From Eledone cirrhosa (taxonomy: Eukaryota), in contig OZ024743.1 of NCBI GenBank assembly GCA_964016885.1, positions 124,868,001-124,932,000 on the forward strand: a DNA stretch of 64,000 nt, written 5' to 3'. Below, piece by piece: positions 40,539 through 53,867 of this stretch (positions within the stretch are counted from its first letter, which is position 1; the number at the start of each line of letters is the position of its first letter). Made by a program: the position numbers and the translations under genes. The notes beneath the pieces were generated by a model. The model was given only the letters and a program-made list of their open reading frames with translations, was not told where the DNA came from and ran no database searches.

Positions 40539-41795
40539 TCATATTCTAGGGTTGATTCTGAATCTGCTACTAGGAGTAGGGAGTAGGCCTCTGCCACTAT
40601 TACGATTACCTGTATAGGTATTGGTAGGCCTAGACCTCCGGCAAATCTGGCTACATGCTAATGTGTTTATAGTTCTAGTGTTAAAGTTATTGGGATTGTG
40701 GTGAAGTTCTGTGTTATGGCCTTTAGGTATGTAGTAGATAGATTGTGCATAACCAGACTCAGAAAGGGCCTTATTATAATATGCTGCATGGACATTGAAT
40801 ATCTCCTCATTGGCGGATAGCATGGAAATCCTATATGAGATAGAATTAATGACCACTCTGATGACTGCCGTTGGGTGATTAGAGTGCGGGCTAATATAAG
40901 TAAGTATCTCACCTGGTTTATGATAAGGGTAATATAAATTGTTAGTAAGATGAAGGGTGACATCCAGGAAATTCACTACCTTATGGTTATGTTCGATGGT
41001 AATGGATAGACCGTTATTTAAAAAAAATTTATGTAGTTGTTTTTTGAGCAATTCAATGCGACGATCCATGCAATTGTGGACTGCAAATAGGGTGTCGTCC
41101 CTATATATTCTACCTTGCAAAAGTGGGAGCTCAGCTTTAATGTTGTGTAACATGTAGATTCCAACTAAGTCTGTGACTTGCGCAGAATCGCTAGAGCCCA
41201 TTGTGATATCAAAGTTATCCATTCTGTCCTTTCTTGTCCAGAATGAGCCCTTGAACTCAATAATGGTCTGCCTAGCCATAAGGATGATGTCAATCTCTTT
41301 ATTAGTTATGTCTGAATTAGTGCAAGCTAGGGTTAATGCTTTGTTAAACAGTGCCGGGGATATAGATGCGTAGTAACTGTCAATGTCGAATTGGAAAAAC
41401 CTCATCGAGCCTGTGGACTCAAGATCTGAGAACCATCTAATGACTTGGCCGGTGTTAGACCACAGTTTATAGGTGATAGCATCTCGCATCCCAGAGATGA
41501 TCCTATCGAGAATGTTATTGCTGATACAACCCAAGTCAGAGGTGGTTGGGCTAATAAGTCTAATAGAAGGGTTCCCAATAAAGTTGGGCTTATGATCCTT
41601 GAGGGAGAATCTTGGAGTTGTGGGTACATATGGGTAGGTGAATCTGTCAAGATGTAAATCCTTAACGAAGGCCTGGGCTTTGCGGTTAAGTAAATTTACA
41701 CTGGAGGGTTTAGTTTTTTTATAATTCTTATTAAGTTCCTTAAGGAGGAAAGAGTTGTAAGTTTCAGAAGGCATGGTATATAAATTTCTAGTTTT
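40539..41795 (-). CDS. PLE reverse transcriptase (open ~415 codons; the N-terminus of the listed ORF is spurious)
   Basis: RT motifs as above; the ORF track extends into TA and antisense LINE sequence beyond 41795. Confidence 0.8.
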   Translation of the reverse strand, partial: KTRNLYTMPSETYNSFLLKELNKNYKKTKPSSVNLLNRKAQAFVKDLHLDRFTYPYVPTTPRFSLKDHKPNFIGNPSIRLISPTTSDLGCISNNILDRIISGMRDAITYKLWSNTGQVIRWFSDLESTGSMRFFQFDIDSYYASISPALFNKALTLACTNSDITNKEIDIILMARQTIIEFKGSFWTRKDRMDNFDITMGSSDSAQVTDLVGIYMLHNIKAELPLLQGRIYRDDTLFAVHNCMDRRIELLKKQLHKFFLNNGLSITIEHNHKVVNFLDVTLHLTNNLYYPYHKPGEILTYISPHSNHPTAVIRVVINSISYRISMLSANEEIFNVHAAYYNKALSESGYAQSIYYIPKGHNTELHHNPNNFNTRTINTLACSQICRRSRPTNTYTGNRNSGRGLLPTPSSRFRINPRI

Positions 41796-41850
41796 ATATA
41801 TATATATATATGTATGTATATATACATATATCATATAATTATATATATAT

Positions 41851-42623
41851 AGTGAGACCTGGGCATTGTGTGCAGAGGATATATGCAGACTGGAGAGGAA
41901 CGAAGCTTGCATGCTCCGCTGGATGTGTAATAGTAATATACGTGAACGGCAAAGCATAAACGAACTAAGGGAAAAATTATAAATAAGAGGGATCAGATGT
42001 TTACTCGAGAGAAGACTACGTTGGTATCGTCACGTGATGCGCATGAAAGACGAGAGCTGTATAAAAAAGTGCAGGGCAATAAAAATAGACGGTAGCCACG
42101 GAGTAGGCAGACCCAGAAAAACCTGGGACGACTTGATAAATTCCGACCTCACACACTTACACCTCTCCAAGACAATGTCTCTGGACCGAGATCTTTGGCG
42201 TTACACAGTAATACAGAAGACCCGCCTTACCTAAGTACAAAGTGAAACCTACTACAGTCAGTAGGCACTTCTAACAAAATACACCCCCGTCCCACTACCC
42301 CCACCCCATCCACACCACCCCTTTCAATGTAAAGTTATGTTGGTACCACAACATCCAGCCCGAAACAAATGAGGTCGCGTAGGTGTCACGACAAAAAAAC
42401 ACACAGTCCACGCTGTAATGTGGCCGTGTGGGTAACACGGTAAAAACCTCCCAGTCCACACTGTAAACGTGGTTGGTGTGAGGAAGGGCATCCAGCCGTA
42501 GAAAACCCGCCAGACAGTCCTATACGAGCAAGACAACCAATCTTGCCTCAAGTGGGAAAACTCCCGTCCAAACCCATGCAAGCGTGGAATATGGACGTTA
42601 AACGATGATGATGATGATGATGA
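41851..42623 (+). mobile_element. 5'-truncated RTE LINE
   Basis: [23 protein letters not shown]; 3' UTR and (GAT)n. Confidence 0.9.
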
Positions 42624-42640
42624 TTTATATATATATATAT

Positions 42641-42981
42641 GGAGGCACATGGCTTAGTGGTTAGAGCATTGGCCTTGCAATCGAAAGGTTGTGAGTTCAA
42701 TTCTCAGACCGGGTGATGTGTTGTTTCCTTGAGCAAGACACTTTATTTCACATTGCTCCAGTTTACTCAGCTGTAGAAATGAGATGATAGGGACTGGGGT
42801 CCATATCATACCACTGAAAAGTGGTCGTGGAGGTGCCACGGCAAAAAAGCACCCAGCACTCACTGTAAATGAGGTTGGTGTTAGGAAGGGCATCCAGCTG
42901 TAGAAATCAAGCCAGCATCAGTTCCCGTCCCACCCTTGCAAGCAGGGAAAAAGCGGACGTAAAATGAAATGATGATGATGA

Positions 42982-42985
<4 letters not shown>
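42641..42985 (+). mobile_element. Full-length CORE-type tRNA SINE
   Basis: Near-identical to 6872-7200. Confidence 0.9.
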
Positions 42986-43021
<36 letters not shown>

Positions 43022-43025
<4 letters not shown>

Positions 43026-44335
43026 CTTATAGCTGAATCAATGGCTGAACCAGAGAAGAAATTCCAAACATGGAAGCATGGCCTAGAATCAAAAGGCCTT
43101 AAAATTAACCCGTCTAAAACTAAAGTTCTAATATGTAGGAAGGAAAATAGGGCATTGGTCCCATCTGGGAAATGGCCATGCTCAGTGTGTAGGAAAGGAG
43201 TAGGCAGAAACTCCATTTTATGTCCCAAATGCAAAGTATTCGTGCATAAAAGATGTGGGATCACAGGTAAGCTAACTAAGAATATAGATTTTATATGTGG
43301 CCAGTGCTCAGGTGCAATAAGTAGCAGCAAGTGCCCACAGAATACTAGCCCATTCCATTGCACAGATGGTTCTATAGAAATAGTGGACACCTTCCGTTAC
43401 CTGGGGGACAAAATCAACAGTGGTGGAGGGTGCTCTGAAAGTACAGTAGCTAGAGTCAGAACGGGATGGAAAAAGTTCAGAGAGCTTATACCACTATTGG
43501 CCGCTAAAGGTTTCTCTCTAAAAATGAAAGGCAGGCTGTATGATGCCTGCATACGGACAGCTATGTTACATGCCAGTGAGACTTGGGCATTGTGTGCAGA
43601 GGATCTACGCAGACTGGAGAGGAATGAAGCTTGCATGCTCCGTTGGATGTGTAATAGTAATATACTAAATGAACTAAGTGAGAAATTAGGAATAAGAGGG
43701 ATCAGATGCTGTTTACTCGAGAGAAGACTACGTTGGTATGGCCACGTGATGCGCATGAAAGACGACAGCTGTATAAAAAAGTGCAGGGCGATCAAAATAA
43801 ACAGTAGCCACGGAGTAGGCAGACCCAGAAAAACCTGGGACGACTTGATAAATTCCGACCTCACACACTTACACCTCTCCAAGACAATGTCACTGGACCG
43901 AGATCTTTGGCGCTACGCAGTAATACAGAAGACCCGCCTTGCCTAAGTGCAAAGCGAAACCTACTAGTCAGTAGGCACCTCTTACCAAAATACACCCCCG
44001 TCCCACTACCCCACCCCATCCACACCACCCCCTTTCGATGTAAAGTTATGTTGGTACCACAACATCCAGTCCTAAATAAATGAGGTCGTGTAGGTGTCAC
44101 GACAAAAAAACACACAGTCCACGCTGTAATGTGGCCGTGTAGGTAACACGGTAAAAACCTCCCAGTCCACACTGTAAACGTGGTTGGTGTTAGGAAGGGC
44201 ATCCAGCCATAGAAAACCCACCAGACAGTCCTATACGAGCAAGACAACCAATCTTGCCTCAAGTGGGAAAATTACCGTCCAAACCCATGCTAGCGTGGAA
44301 GATGGACATTAAACGATGATGATGATGATGATGAT
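43022..44335 (+). mobile_element. 5'-truncated young RTE LINE (open PHD + C-terminal ORF)
   Basis: ~305 open codons LIAESM..WPCSVC..FRYLG..LRWYGHV..GRPRKTW, then 3' UTR. Confidence 0.9.
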
Positions 44336-44484
44336 ATATATACATATATATGTATAAGTATGCACATATATATATATATGTATACATACATATACATATA
44401 TACATATAATCATCATCATCGTCATCATCATTTATGCACATATATATATATGTATATGTATACATACATATACATATATACATA

Positions 44485-46310
44485 TAATCATCATCATCGT
44501 CATCATCATTTTACGTCCGCTCTTCCCTGCTTGCAAGGGTGGGACATGTCTTATTCAGCACACCATCTCACCACCTTCGCCCATGTTTTTCGTGGTCTAC
44601 CTCTACCACGTCTTCCTTCAACTGGCATTTCTTGGCACTTCTTCACCCATCGGTCATCCTCCATGCGCATCACATGTCCATACCACCTCAGTCTCCTCAC
44701 CCGTACACTACATTCTATCCCTCTCAGACACAGTTTCTCTCTCAACACATTCATGCTGGGTCGTTCACGCACATTGACACTGCACATCCAACGGAGCATG
44801 CTTGCCTCATTTCTCTCCAGCCGTCGCATATCCTCTGCAGTTGCTGCCCATATCTCACTACCATGCAGCATCGCGCTCCTCACACAGGCATCATATAGCC
44901 GGCCTTTCGTACGCAGGGAGAAACCCTTCTTCGTCAGCAGAGGAAGCAGCTCCCTAAACTTCTTCCACACCCATCCTTATTCTAGATACTATGGCCTCAG
45001 AACACCCCCCTCCCATGCTAATCTGATCTCCTAGGTACCGGAAGCTATCCACCACTTCTATGGCACCCGCCTGCATTTGAAAAATGTGTCTATCAATGCG
45101 ACTTCTGTCTAATTTCCCTGTACATCTACTGCATACATATTTCTCCCTACCTGTTAGTTTGCCTGCTATCCCGCTACATCTCTTGTGTACCCAGGATCTG
45201 CATTGTGTGCATTCTATAGAATTTATGCCAGTTCCTTTTCTGCATATCGAACATGGCCATTTCCCTGACGGAATCAGAGTTTTGTCCTCTTTTCTACTCA
45301 TCAACACTTTTGTCTTAGCTAGGTTCACTCTCAGTCCTCTTGCTTCCAACTGCTGTTTCCATAGTCAGAATTTATTCTCTAGCTCCTCTACTGATTCTGC
45401 TATAAGAACCAGATCGTCAGCATAGAGAAGTTCCCATGGACAGCCAGTCTTAAACTCCTCTGTTATGGCTTGGAGGATTATAATGAACAAGAGTGGGCTG
45501 AGGACCGAACCTTGATGTACACCTAATTGTATCTGGAATTCCTCACTAAACTCCATTCCTACCCTGACTTTACTGACAGTACCCCTGTACAAAGTTTGCA
45601 CTGTCCTCACAAGCCATTCCTCAACACCTAGTTTCCTTAGGGAGCACCAGATGACAGATCGGAGCACCCTATCAAAGGCCTTCTCTAGGTCAACAAAGGG
45701 TAAGTATAGTGGCTTATTTTTCTCTAAGAACCTCTCTTGCAATTGTCTCACCAAGAAGAGGGCATCTGTTGTACTCTTCCCAGGCACAAAACCAAACTGC
45801 ATCTCATCTAGTTTGACCCTTTCTCTAATTAGTTGTGCTAATATCCTTTCTGCCACATTCATAACCTGATCCATCAGTTTTATACCCCTATAATTGCTCC
45901 TCTCCAGAGCATCCCCCTTACCTTTGCAGCAATTTATGAGAATACTGCTGCACCAGTCTTTGGGTATGACACCACCATATATAGGCTGATTGATGATGCG
46001 TGCAACCAGTTTAGTGCCTACGTCTCCTGATGCCTTCAGCATCTCAGCAACTATTCCCGATGGTCCAGCAGCCTTACCATTTTTCATTTCCTTAATCAAC
46101 TCTTGGACCCTATATTCGTCAATCTCAATAGCTGTTCCCTCTGTCGGATCTACAGAGGGTAATTTCTCTCTCTCCCATTCGTTCTCCACATTCATCAGTC
46201 TCTCATAATGACATTTCCAGACCTCCTTTTTCTGATTATTCGTGACACTAAGTACACCGGCATCATTCCGGACACATTTATCTCCAACAACATCCTGATG
46301 TGCATAATGT
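44485..46310 (-). mobile_element. RTE LINE, short-3'UTR family, 5'-truncated
   Basis: ORFs 45365-46195, 44954-45349 and 44551-44970 give RT, PHD and C-terminus; (CAT)n tail. Confidence 0.9.
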
Positions 46311-46393
46311 ATACATACATATACATATAAATGTATATGTATACATACATATACATATGTATATATATATGTACATATATATATATATGTGTG

Positions 46394-46449
<56 letters not shown>

Positions 46450-46454
<5 letters not shown>

Positions 46455-46632
46455 GCTTATTTTTCTCTAAGAACCTCTCTTGCAATTGTCTCACCAAGAA
46501 GAGGGCATCTGTTGTACTCTTCCCAGGCACAAAACCAAACTGCATCTCATCTAGTTTGACCCTTTCTCTAATTAGTTGTGCTAATATCCTTTCTGCCACA
46601 TTCATAACCTGATCCATCAGTTTTATACCCCT
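46450..46632 (-). repeat. Local duplicate of RT segment ~45706-45888
   Basis: AGTGGCTTATTTTTCTCTAAG...CAGTTTTATACCCCTA repeated essentially identically. Confidence 0.85.
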
Positions 46633-46634
46633 AC

Positions 46635-47020
46635 CAAAACCAACCACGCATATCTTTACTATCTCTAATCCTTCTATAGATTTAGAAAAATAACCAATAA
46701 TATATTCTATAAAAAATGTCAAAACAACAGATGGGAATCTAATTAATCACTGCCACCAAGAATTCTCACTGCTATCGAAAAACCACTCCTTCAACTATTC
46801 TTCTAACAACTTCACCCCTTCCTCCTAATATTCTCTATAAAAACTAAATAGGTCCTCAGTAATATTATTCTGATGAAATGACAGTAAACAATAACATTGA
46901 AATATTGAATGTCTGCATAACTAAAAGTTTGTAGATAGCTGTTTTAGGTTATGTAACTGTTATAGATACACGTGTCAATAAATTCCTTTCAACTAAACTG
47001 TATCCATTCAAATCTTTCTA
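46635..47020 (+). mobile_element. Probable degraded PLE 3' end with HHR-like motif (~46865-46915)
   Basis: GNLINHCHQ resembles PLE C-termini (NELVINCHH); CTGATGA aatg..catt GAAA. Confidence 0.35.
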
Positions 47021-47029
47021 TATATATAT

Positions 47030-47072
<43 letters not shown>

Positions 47073-47250
47073 GTACATATATATACATATATATATATAT
47101 GTGTGTATATATACATCTTTTTCCTTCTCCGTAACACGACGACTTACTAATATAAGTAAACAAATCCACTATCCCTGATGTCTTCCAAAAGTAACGGTTG
47201 CATTTTGAAAGGGTATGTCAATATTTATTTATAAAACTGGTATATATTGT

Positions 47251-47313
47251 ATTTTGTCTGATGAAAGCATACCATAATTTAACATGGTATCCTTGAAATA
47301 TGTATAATAAAAT
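47251..47313 (+). ncRNA. Minimal type I hammerhead ribozyme
   Basis: attttgt CTGATGA aagcataccat-loop-atggtatcctt GAAA TA TG TA TA / ataaaat: 7-bp stem I, ~10-bp stem II with one mismatch, AUA triplet. Confidence 0.6.
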
Positions 47314-47441
47314 AGATATGGTTTTATAAATATAGTTTCCATTTGTTAATATCGTATATTTACTCCAAATACTTGTCGAGTGCTTTATATCAGTTATAAA
47401 CATATTTGCTTGTTGTATCCCAACAATTTAAATAGAACTTT

Positions 47442-47494
<53 letters not shown>

Positions 47495-47517
47495 ATGTAT
47501 ATATATATATATATACA

Positions 47518-47571
<54 letters not shown>

Positions 47572-47796
47572 TATACATATATATCATAACTTATATCATG
47601 ACTCTGTTTTCCTTTTAATGTTTTATTGTTTTCCGGGATTTATCTTAACCTACATTTTCAACATATGGATTACATCGAGTTCTTCATGCAGAATAGACCC
47701 CACAACTTACTGTGGATACCTCTGTGTTTATATATACATATATATATATATGTATATATGTATACATATATATACATATATATATACATATATATA

Positions 47797-48395
47797 CAAA
47801 GGACTATTTTTCATCATATGTAACCCATGTGCAACCACGCAGTATTCTTCTTTCTTCTCATGTTTTTTATATATATTTACCTCGGCTGCATTTGTCTGTT
47901 TCTCTCTTACTGCTTCCCCGCTCTCTCTGTTTCTCTCACCTTCTTTCGCCCCCTCTGTCAGTTACACTTTCTCTCGACTGACCTCTTCCTCACACTTCCA
48001 CTCACTCACTCTCTGTTTCTCCCCTTCTCACTTCCTCCCGTTTGGCTTGTAGTAGGTCTCTTCTTGCTTACATCTCACACACATCAACATGGTCTGTACC
48101 TCTCTCGCTCATGAAATCCACCCAGCTTATGCTGACGGGACAACCATGTGCTTGTTTATTTTCCTATCTTCGGTTTGCTTTTATCCTTCTATGTTGTTTA
48201 CTTGTCCCCCTCGCTTTACGCGAATTACTGGTCCCAATAAGTTTTTTTAGTTATTGCTCGCACCAACCTGAGGTATCTGATTTTTAATGCGATGAAATAC
48301 CAATGATGGTTGGAAAATCACTGACGAAGGACTATTTTTATCATATGTAACCCATGTACAACCACGCAGTATTCTTCTTTCTTCTCATGGTTTAT
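47797..48395 (+). repeat. ~530-bp non-coding unit with ~65-bp direct terminal repeat (family C)
   Basis: AAGGACTATTTT..TCATATGTAACCCATG..AACCACGCAGTATTCTTC at ~47799 and ~48328; TA-flanked; homologous to 53868-54240. Confidence 0.75.
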
Positions 48396-49162
48396 ATATA
48401 TATATATATATATATACATATATACATATATTTAGATATATACATATATATTTTTACATATATTTATATATATATATACATATATATTTTTACATATATT
48501 TATATATATATATTTATATATACAAATATATATATATTCATATATTGATCGATATGCAATATAAATATACATATATATATATATACATATATATATATTT
48601 ATATATATACATATATATTTATACTTATATTTATATATATACACATATATATATATGGTGGCTGCCAACTCGTTTTCGAGTATGGCCACTACTTTATATC
48701 CATGTAGGAGAACCCCTACTGATGCGCTAAACAAGTGTGACTTTTTAGTCCAGCCAGCGACTTGAAAACTCTACACCTGTGACAATTATTGACACATAGT
48801 GCTGGGCCCATGGCACCATGTGACGACAAGTGCAGAGAGATCTCCAGATATAAAGCAATGCCTGTGCCGTGAAGCTTTTATAGTGAGCAAAGGCACTGCA
48901 CAAAGCCAGTCCCACTCTCTTAACCAAGATGATATTTACCAAAAAGAAGAACAAGTTAACATCATTGGATACCATCAGGGTTTCAGGTGTTATATCAGAG
49001 TTTTCCTTCTCCTAGAATTCTGCCTTGACAAAGGCTAAGGGTTCATCTCTCCCATATATATACACATATACATACATACGTATATATATATATATATATA
49101 CATATATTTATATATATTTAATACATTAACAGAGAAAGCTTTAATACATATATATATATACA

Positions 49163-51276
49163 TATCATCATCATCATTTTACGTCCGCTTTTCCCCGCTT
49201 GCAAGGGTGGGACGGGAACTGATTCTGGCTTGATTTCTACAGCTGGATGCCCTTCCTAACACCAACCTCATTTACAGTGAGTGCTGGGTGCTTTTTTCCG
49301 TGGCGCCTACACGTCCACTTTACAGTGTGGGCTGGGTGCTTTTTTGCCGTGGCACCTCCACGACCACTTTGCAGTGGGAGGGTGTGGGGGCATATTGTCT
49401 ATATGCTTCAACTTCAGCTTGTTCCTGTGGGGGGTCGGGTCTTTTGTATTACCGTATGACGCCAGAGGTCATGGTCGTGTCATTGCTCCTTTCTCCCTCA
49501 TCCCAGGTCTTCTTGGGTCTCCCCACTCCGCTCCTCTCCTGCACACAGCATGTGTTTCCTCTGATGCTCAGTCTCTCTCTCAATTCGTTTATACTTTGCC
49601 GTTCGCGTATATTACTATTACACATCCATCGGAGCATGCAAGCTTCATTTCTTTCTAATCTGCGCAAGTCTTCTACAGACAGTACGCAGGTTTCACTTCC
49701 ATATAACATTGCTGTTCGTATACACGCATCATACAGTCTGCCTTTCATTTTGAGGGAAAAGCCTTTTGCAGCTAGCAGTGGCAGTAGCTCCCTGACCTGC
49801 TTCCATCCCGTTCTTACTCTAGTTATTGTACTTACCGAACACCCACCTCCGCTGCCAATTCAGTCACCTAGGTAGCAGAAGCTGTCTACTGTTTCTACAG
49901 ACCCCTCCCTAAGTTTGGTGGTGCTTGTTTCCTCTGGTTGTTTGCGGTTTGCTGTCCCAGCACAGCTGTTACATGTGAAGCCTACATTCTTAGTTGAACT
50001 TCCTGAGATCCCACTACATCACTTGTGTACCCATTGTTTGCATTTGGGTCAGAGGATGGATTTCCTACCTACACCTTTCCTACATACTGAGCAAGACCAT
50101 TTCCCTGAGGGAATCTGGGTCCTGTTTTCTCGTCTACTTACAAGGACCTTAGTCTTTGTCAGGTTGACTTTGAGACCCTTTCTTTCTAGTCCCTGCTTCC
50201 ATGTTAGACATTTTTTCTCTAGTTCCACCATAGATTCAGCTATAAGTGCGAGATCATCCCCATGCAGGAGTTCCCATGGGCATCCGGTCTTAAACTCCTC
50301 CGTTATTGTCTGCAAAACTATAATGAACAGGAGAGGGCTAAGATCAGAGCCCTGGTGGACACCGACCCGTATGCTAAATTCTTCGCTATACTCATTTCTA
50401 ACTCTAACTTTGTTGACTGCTCCTCTATACATGGCTTGTACAGCTTTCAAAAGCCATTCATCAACTCCTAGTTTTCTAAGAGCCCACCAGATTATAGTAC
50501 GGGGGACTCTGTCGAAGGCTTTTTCCAGATCGACGAATGCCAGGTAAAACGGCTTACTTTTAGCTAGGTACTTTTCCTGTAACTGCCTCACAAGGAAGAG
50601 GGCATCAGTGGTGCCTTTTCATGGTACAAACCCAAATTGCATCTCATCTAGTTTCACCCGGTCCCTAATCAGCTGTGCTATAACTCTTTCCGTTACTTTC
50701 ATGACCTGATCCATCAGCTTTATACCTCTATAGTTTCCTCTATCTAGTGCATCACCTTTACCTTTGTAGCATTTGCCAATGATGCTACTGCACCAATCGT
50801 TTGGTATGACACCTCCTAGTATGATCTGGTTAACAATTCGTGTGGTTATGGTGTGCCCTACCGACCGAGATGCCTTCAGCATCTTGGCAGCTATACCCGA
50901 TGGACCGCTTGCCTTCCCTGTCTTAATATCTTTAATTGCCTTACTTACTATGCTGCTGCTGACTTGTACTGCTGGCCCCTCTATAGGGTCCACTTGGGGT
51001 AGGGTCTGTTTTTCCCATGCATTCTCCTCGTTTAGTAATCTTTCATAATGGCTCTTCCACGCATCTTTCTTCTCAGCACTTGTGGGGGCAAGCTCATCTT
51101 TATCATTCCGGATACACTTCTCTCCAATGACATCACAATTCTCTCTGACACACTGCCTCACAATCTTGAACACCTCCTGTTTCTGGTCCTCACGTTGCAA
51201 AACATGCTTGAATTTTCTATCCTCTGCTTCCATCCAAGCTAAGTATACTTGTCGCCTAGCTTCCCTCCTGGTCTCT
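49163..51276 (-). mobile_element. 5'-truncated RTE LINE; its 3' UTR matches the SINE tail
   Basis: RT motifs in 50049-51270, PHD, internal deletion near 49530; 5' end in (TA)n. Confidence 0.9.
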
Positions 51277-51288
51277 ATACATATATAT

Positions 51289-51321
<33 letters not shown>

Positions 51322-51599
51322 CATACATATATATATATAAACATATACATACATATAAACATATATACATACATATAAACATATATACATACATATAAAC
51401 ATATATACATACATATATATATATATATATACATATATATATACATATATATATACATATATATACATATATATATACATATATATATAAACATATACAT
51501 ACATATATATATACATATATATATAAACATATACATACATATAAACATATATACATACATATGTAAACATATATACATACATATATAAACATATATACA

Positions 51600-52015
51600 T
51601 AAAAACAAATAACGAAACGAAATTAAATTTCGTTTCGTTTGTAACTCACTTTTGTATGACTGACGCTTAAACAATTAAGTTAAAGATGTACATCCATATA
51701 TGTATACTGAAATACTAGTATGTATATGAATACACACACGTATACATATGTAGATGTACCAAGTTTTTTCACTGGTCACTTTACTGTGAGTGGCCAGCTA
51801 TTCTGTATGTAAACACACAGACAAACCGGTTTTTAGAGTCATACTGGTTTTTGAGGAAACACCTTTCCTCTATTCTCCAGAAAGCCAGACAAGGAATATT
51901 GAACTAGTTTCGTTGTTGTTACAACTCATCAGCAATATTTACCTATCTTCCGGCCTCTCTAGAGAATCGTAAAAGCACATATCGTTATATGCTTTTTCTA
52001 TGAAAATTTAACTTA
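51600..52015 (-). repeat. Diverged relative of retrozyme family A
   Basis: Same module order as 5786-6215 (GAAAC.AAATT...TCACT, TA-rich core, GTAAACA.AC, GACAA.GGA, HHR) at low identity. Confidence 0.65.
51895..51939 (-). ncRNA. Canonical minimal type I hammerhead ribozyme
   Basis: Minus: AATATTG CTGATGA GTTGT aaca ACAAC GAAAC TA GTT / CAATATT: 7-bp stem I, 5-bp stem II, palindromic ACTAGT stem III, GUU triplet. Confidence 0.85.
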
Positions 52016-52145
52016 ATCATATATACATACATATATATATACATACATATATGTATATATACATATAGATATACATATATACATATATATATATAGACAT
52101 ACATATATATACACATATATATACGTAAATACATATTTACATATA

Positions 52146-52290
52146 TCATCATCATCATCAACGTTTAACGTCCGTGTTCCACGCTTGCATGGGTTTGGAC
52201 GGGGGGTAGTCCCACTTGAGGCAAGAGTGATTGTCTTGCTCGCATAGGACTGTATATATATACCGAGACTGAGTACCGCCAAATGTCTTG
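52146..52290 (-). mobile_element. RTE 3' end remnant with internal deletion
   Basis: (CAT)n tail, TTTAACGTCCGTGTTCCACGCTTGCATGGG, then a jump to TGAGTACCGCCAAA. Confidence 0.7.
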
Positions 52291-52329
52291 GTATATATAT
52301 ATACATATATCTACATATATATATATACG

Positions 52330-52387
<58 letters not shown>

Positions 52388-53097
52388 CATAGATACATTA
52401 TGATATATATATATGCATACATATATACATTATGATATATATATGATACATTATGATATATATATATATATATATATACATACATATATACATTATGATA
52501 TATATATGTATATATATACATATATATATAAATACATATATATATATACATACATACATATATATATAAATACATATATATATATACATACATACATATA
52601 TACATTATGATATATATATGTATATATATACAAATATATATACATACATATATATATATATACATACATTATGATATACATATATATCTACATATATATA
52701 TACATACATATATATATATACATACATATATACATATACATACATATATACATACATATATATATATATATATACATACATATATAGATACATACATTAT
52801 GATATATACATATATATATATACATACATATATATATACATACATTATGATATATACATATATATATACATACATATATATATATACATACATTATGATA
52901 TATACATATATATATACATACATATATATATATACATACATATATATATATATACAGATATATATATATACAGATATATATATACATACATATATATATA
53001 TACATACATATATATATATACATACATACATATATATATATACATACATATATATATACATACATATATATATATACATACATACATATATATATAT

Positions 53098-53127
<30 letters not shown>

Positions 53128-53128
<1 letters not shown>

Positions 53129-53679
53129 AGATAGACGGTAGTCACGGAATAGGCAGACCTAGAAAAACCTGGGACGAGCTGATAAACTCCGACATCACAC
53201 ACTTACACCTCTCCAAGACAATGTCACTGGACCGAGACCTTTGGCGGTACTCAGTAACAGAGAAGACCCGCCTTACCTAAATATATAGTAAAACCTACTC
53301 CAGCCAGTAGGCATCTCTAACAAAATACACCCCGTCCCACCACCACCACCCCCACCCCATCCACACCACCCCGTTCTATGTAAAGTTATGTTGGTGCCGC
53401 GCCATCGAGGCCGAAACAAATGAGATCGTGTAGGTGTCACGACAAAAAAACACACAGTCCACGCTGTAATGTGGCCGTGTAGGCAACACGGTAAAAACCT
53501 CCCAGACCCACACTGTAAATGTGGTTGGTGTTAGGAAGGGCATCCAACTGTAGAAAACCTGCCAGACAGTCCTATGCGAGCAAGACAATCACTCTTGCCT
53601 CAAGTGGGACTACCCCCGTCCAAACCCATGCAAGCGTGGAACACGGACGTTAAACGTTGATGATGATGATGATGATGAT
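53128..53679 (+). mobile_element. RTE 3' end, near-identical to 54478-55060
   Basis: Shared diagnostic variants GACGAGCTG and GGGACTACCCCC. Confidence 0.9.
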
Positions 53680-53779
53680 ATATATATATACATATACTAT
53701 ATATATACATATACTATATATATACATATACTATATATATACATATACTATATATATACATATACTATATATACACATA

Positions 53780-53819
<40 letters not shown>

Positions 53820-53867
53820 CATATATATATACATACATATACATATATATACATATATATATATATG

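Larger units (their letters stand above)
38975..41795 (-). mobile_element. 5'-truncated Penelope-like element (YRDD-type RT + GIY-YIG + 3' region)
   Basis: SLKDHKPNF..RLISP, QFDIDSYYASI, ITMGSSDSAQVTDLVG, YRDD, FLDVTL; EN YIGSTSNPFKVRY..CDLCLTE; 5' end in (TA)n. Confidence 0.9.

Noticed and set aside
44360-45425. Plus-strand ORFs overlapping RTE copies (also 24731-26089, 49288-50547, 56789-57190)
   Set aside because: Antisense shadows of the LINE ORF
48655-49055. PLE RT remnant (DITPETLMVSNDVNL on minus)
   Set aside because: A single weak motif with no second supporting motif
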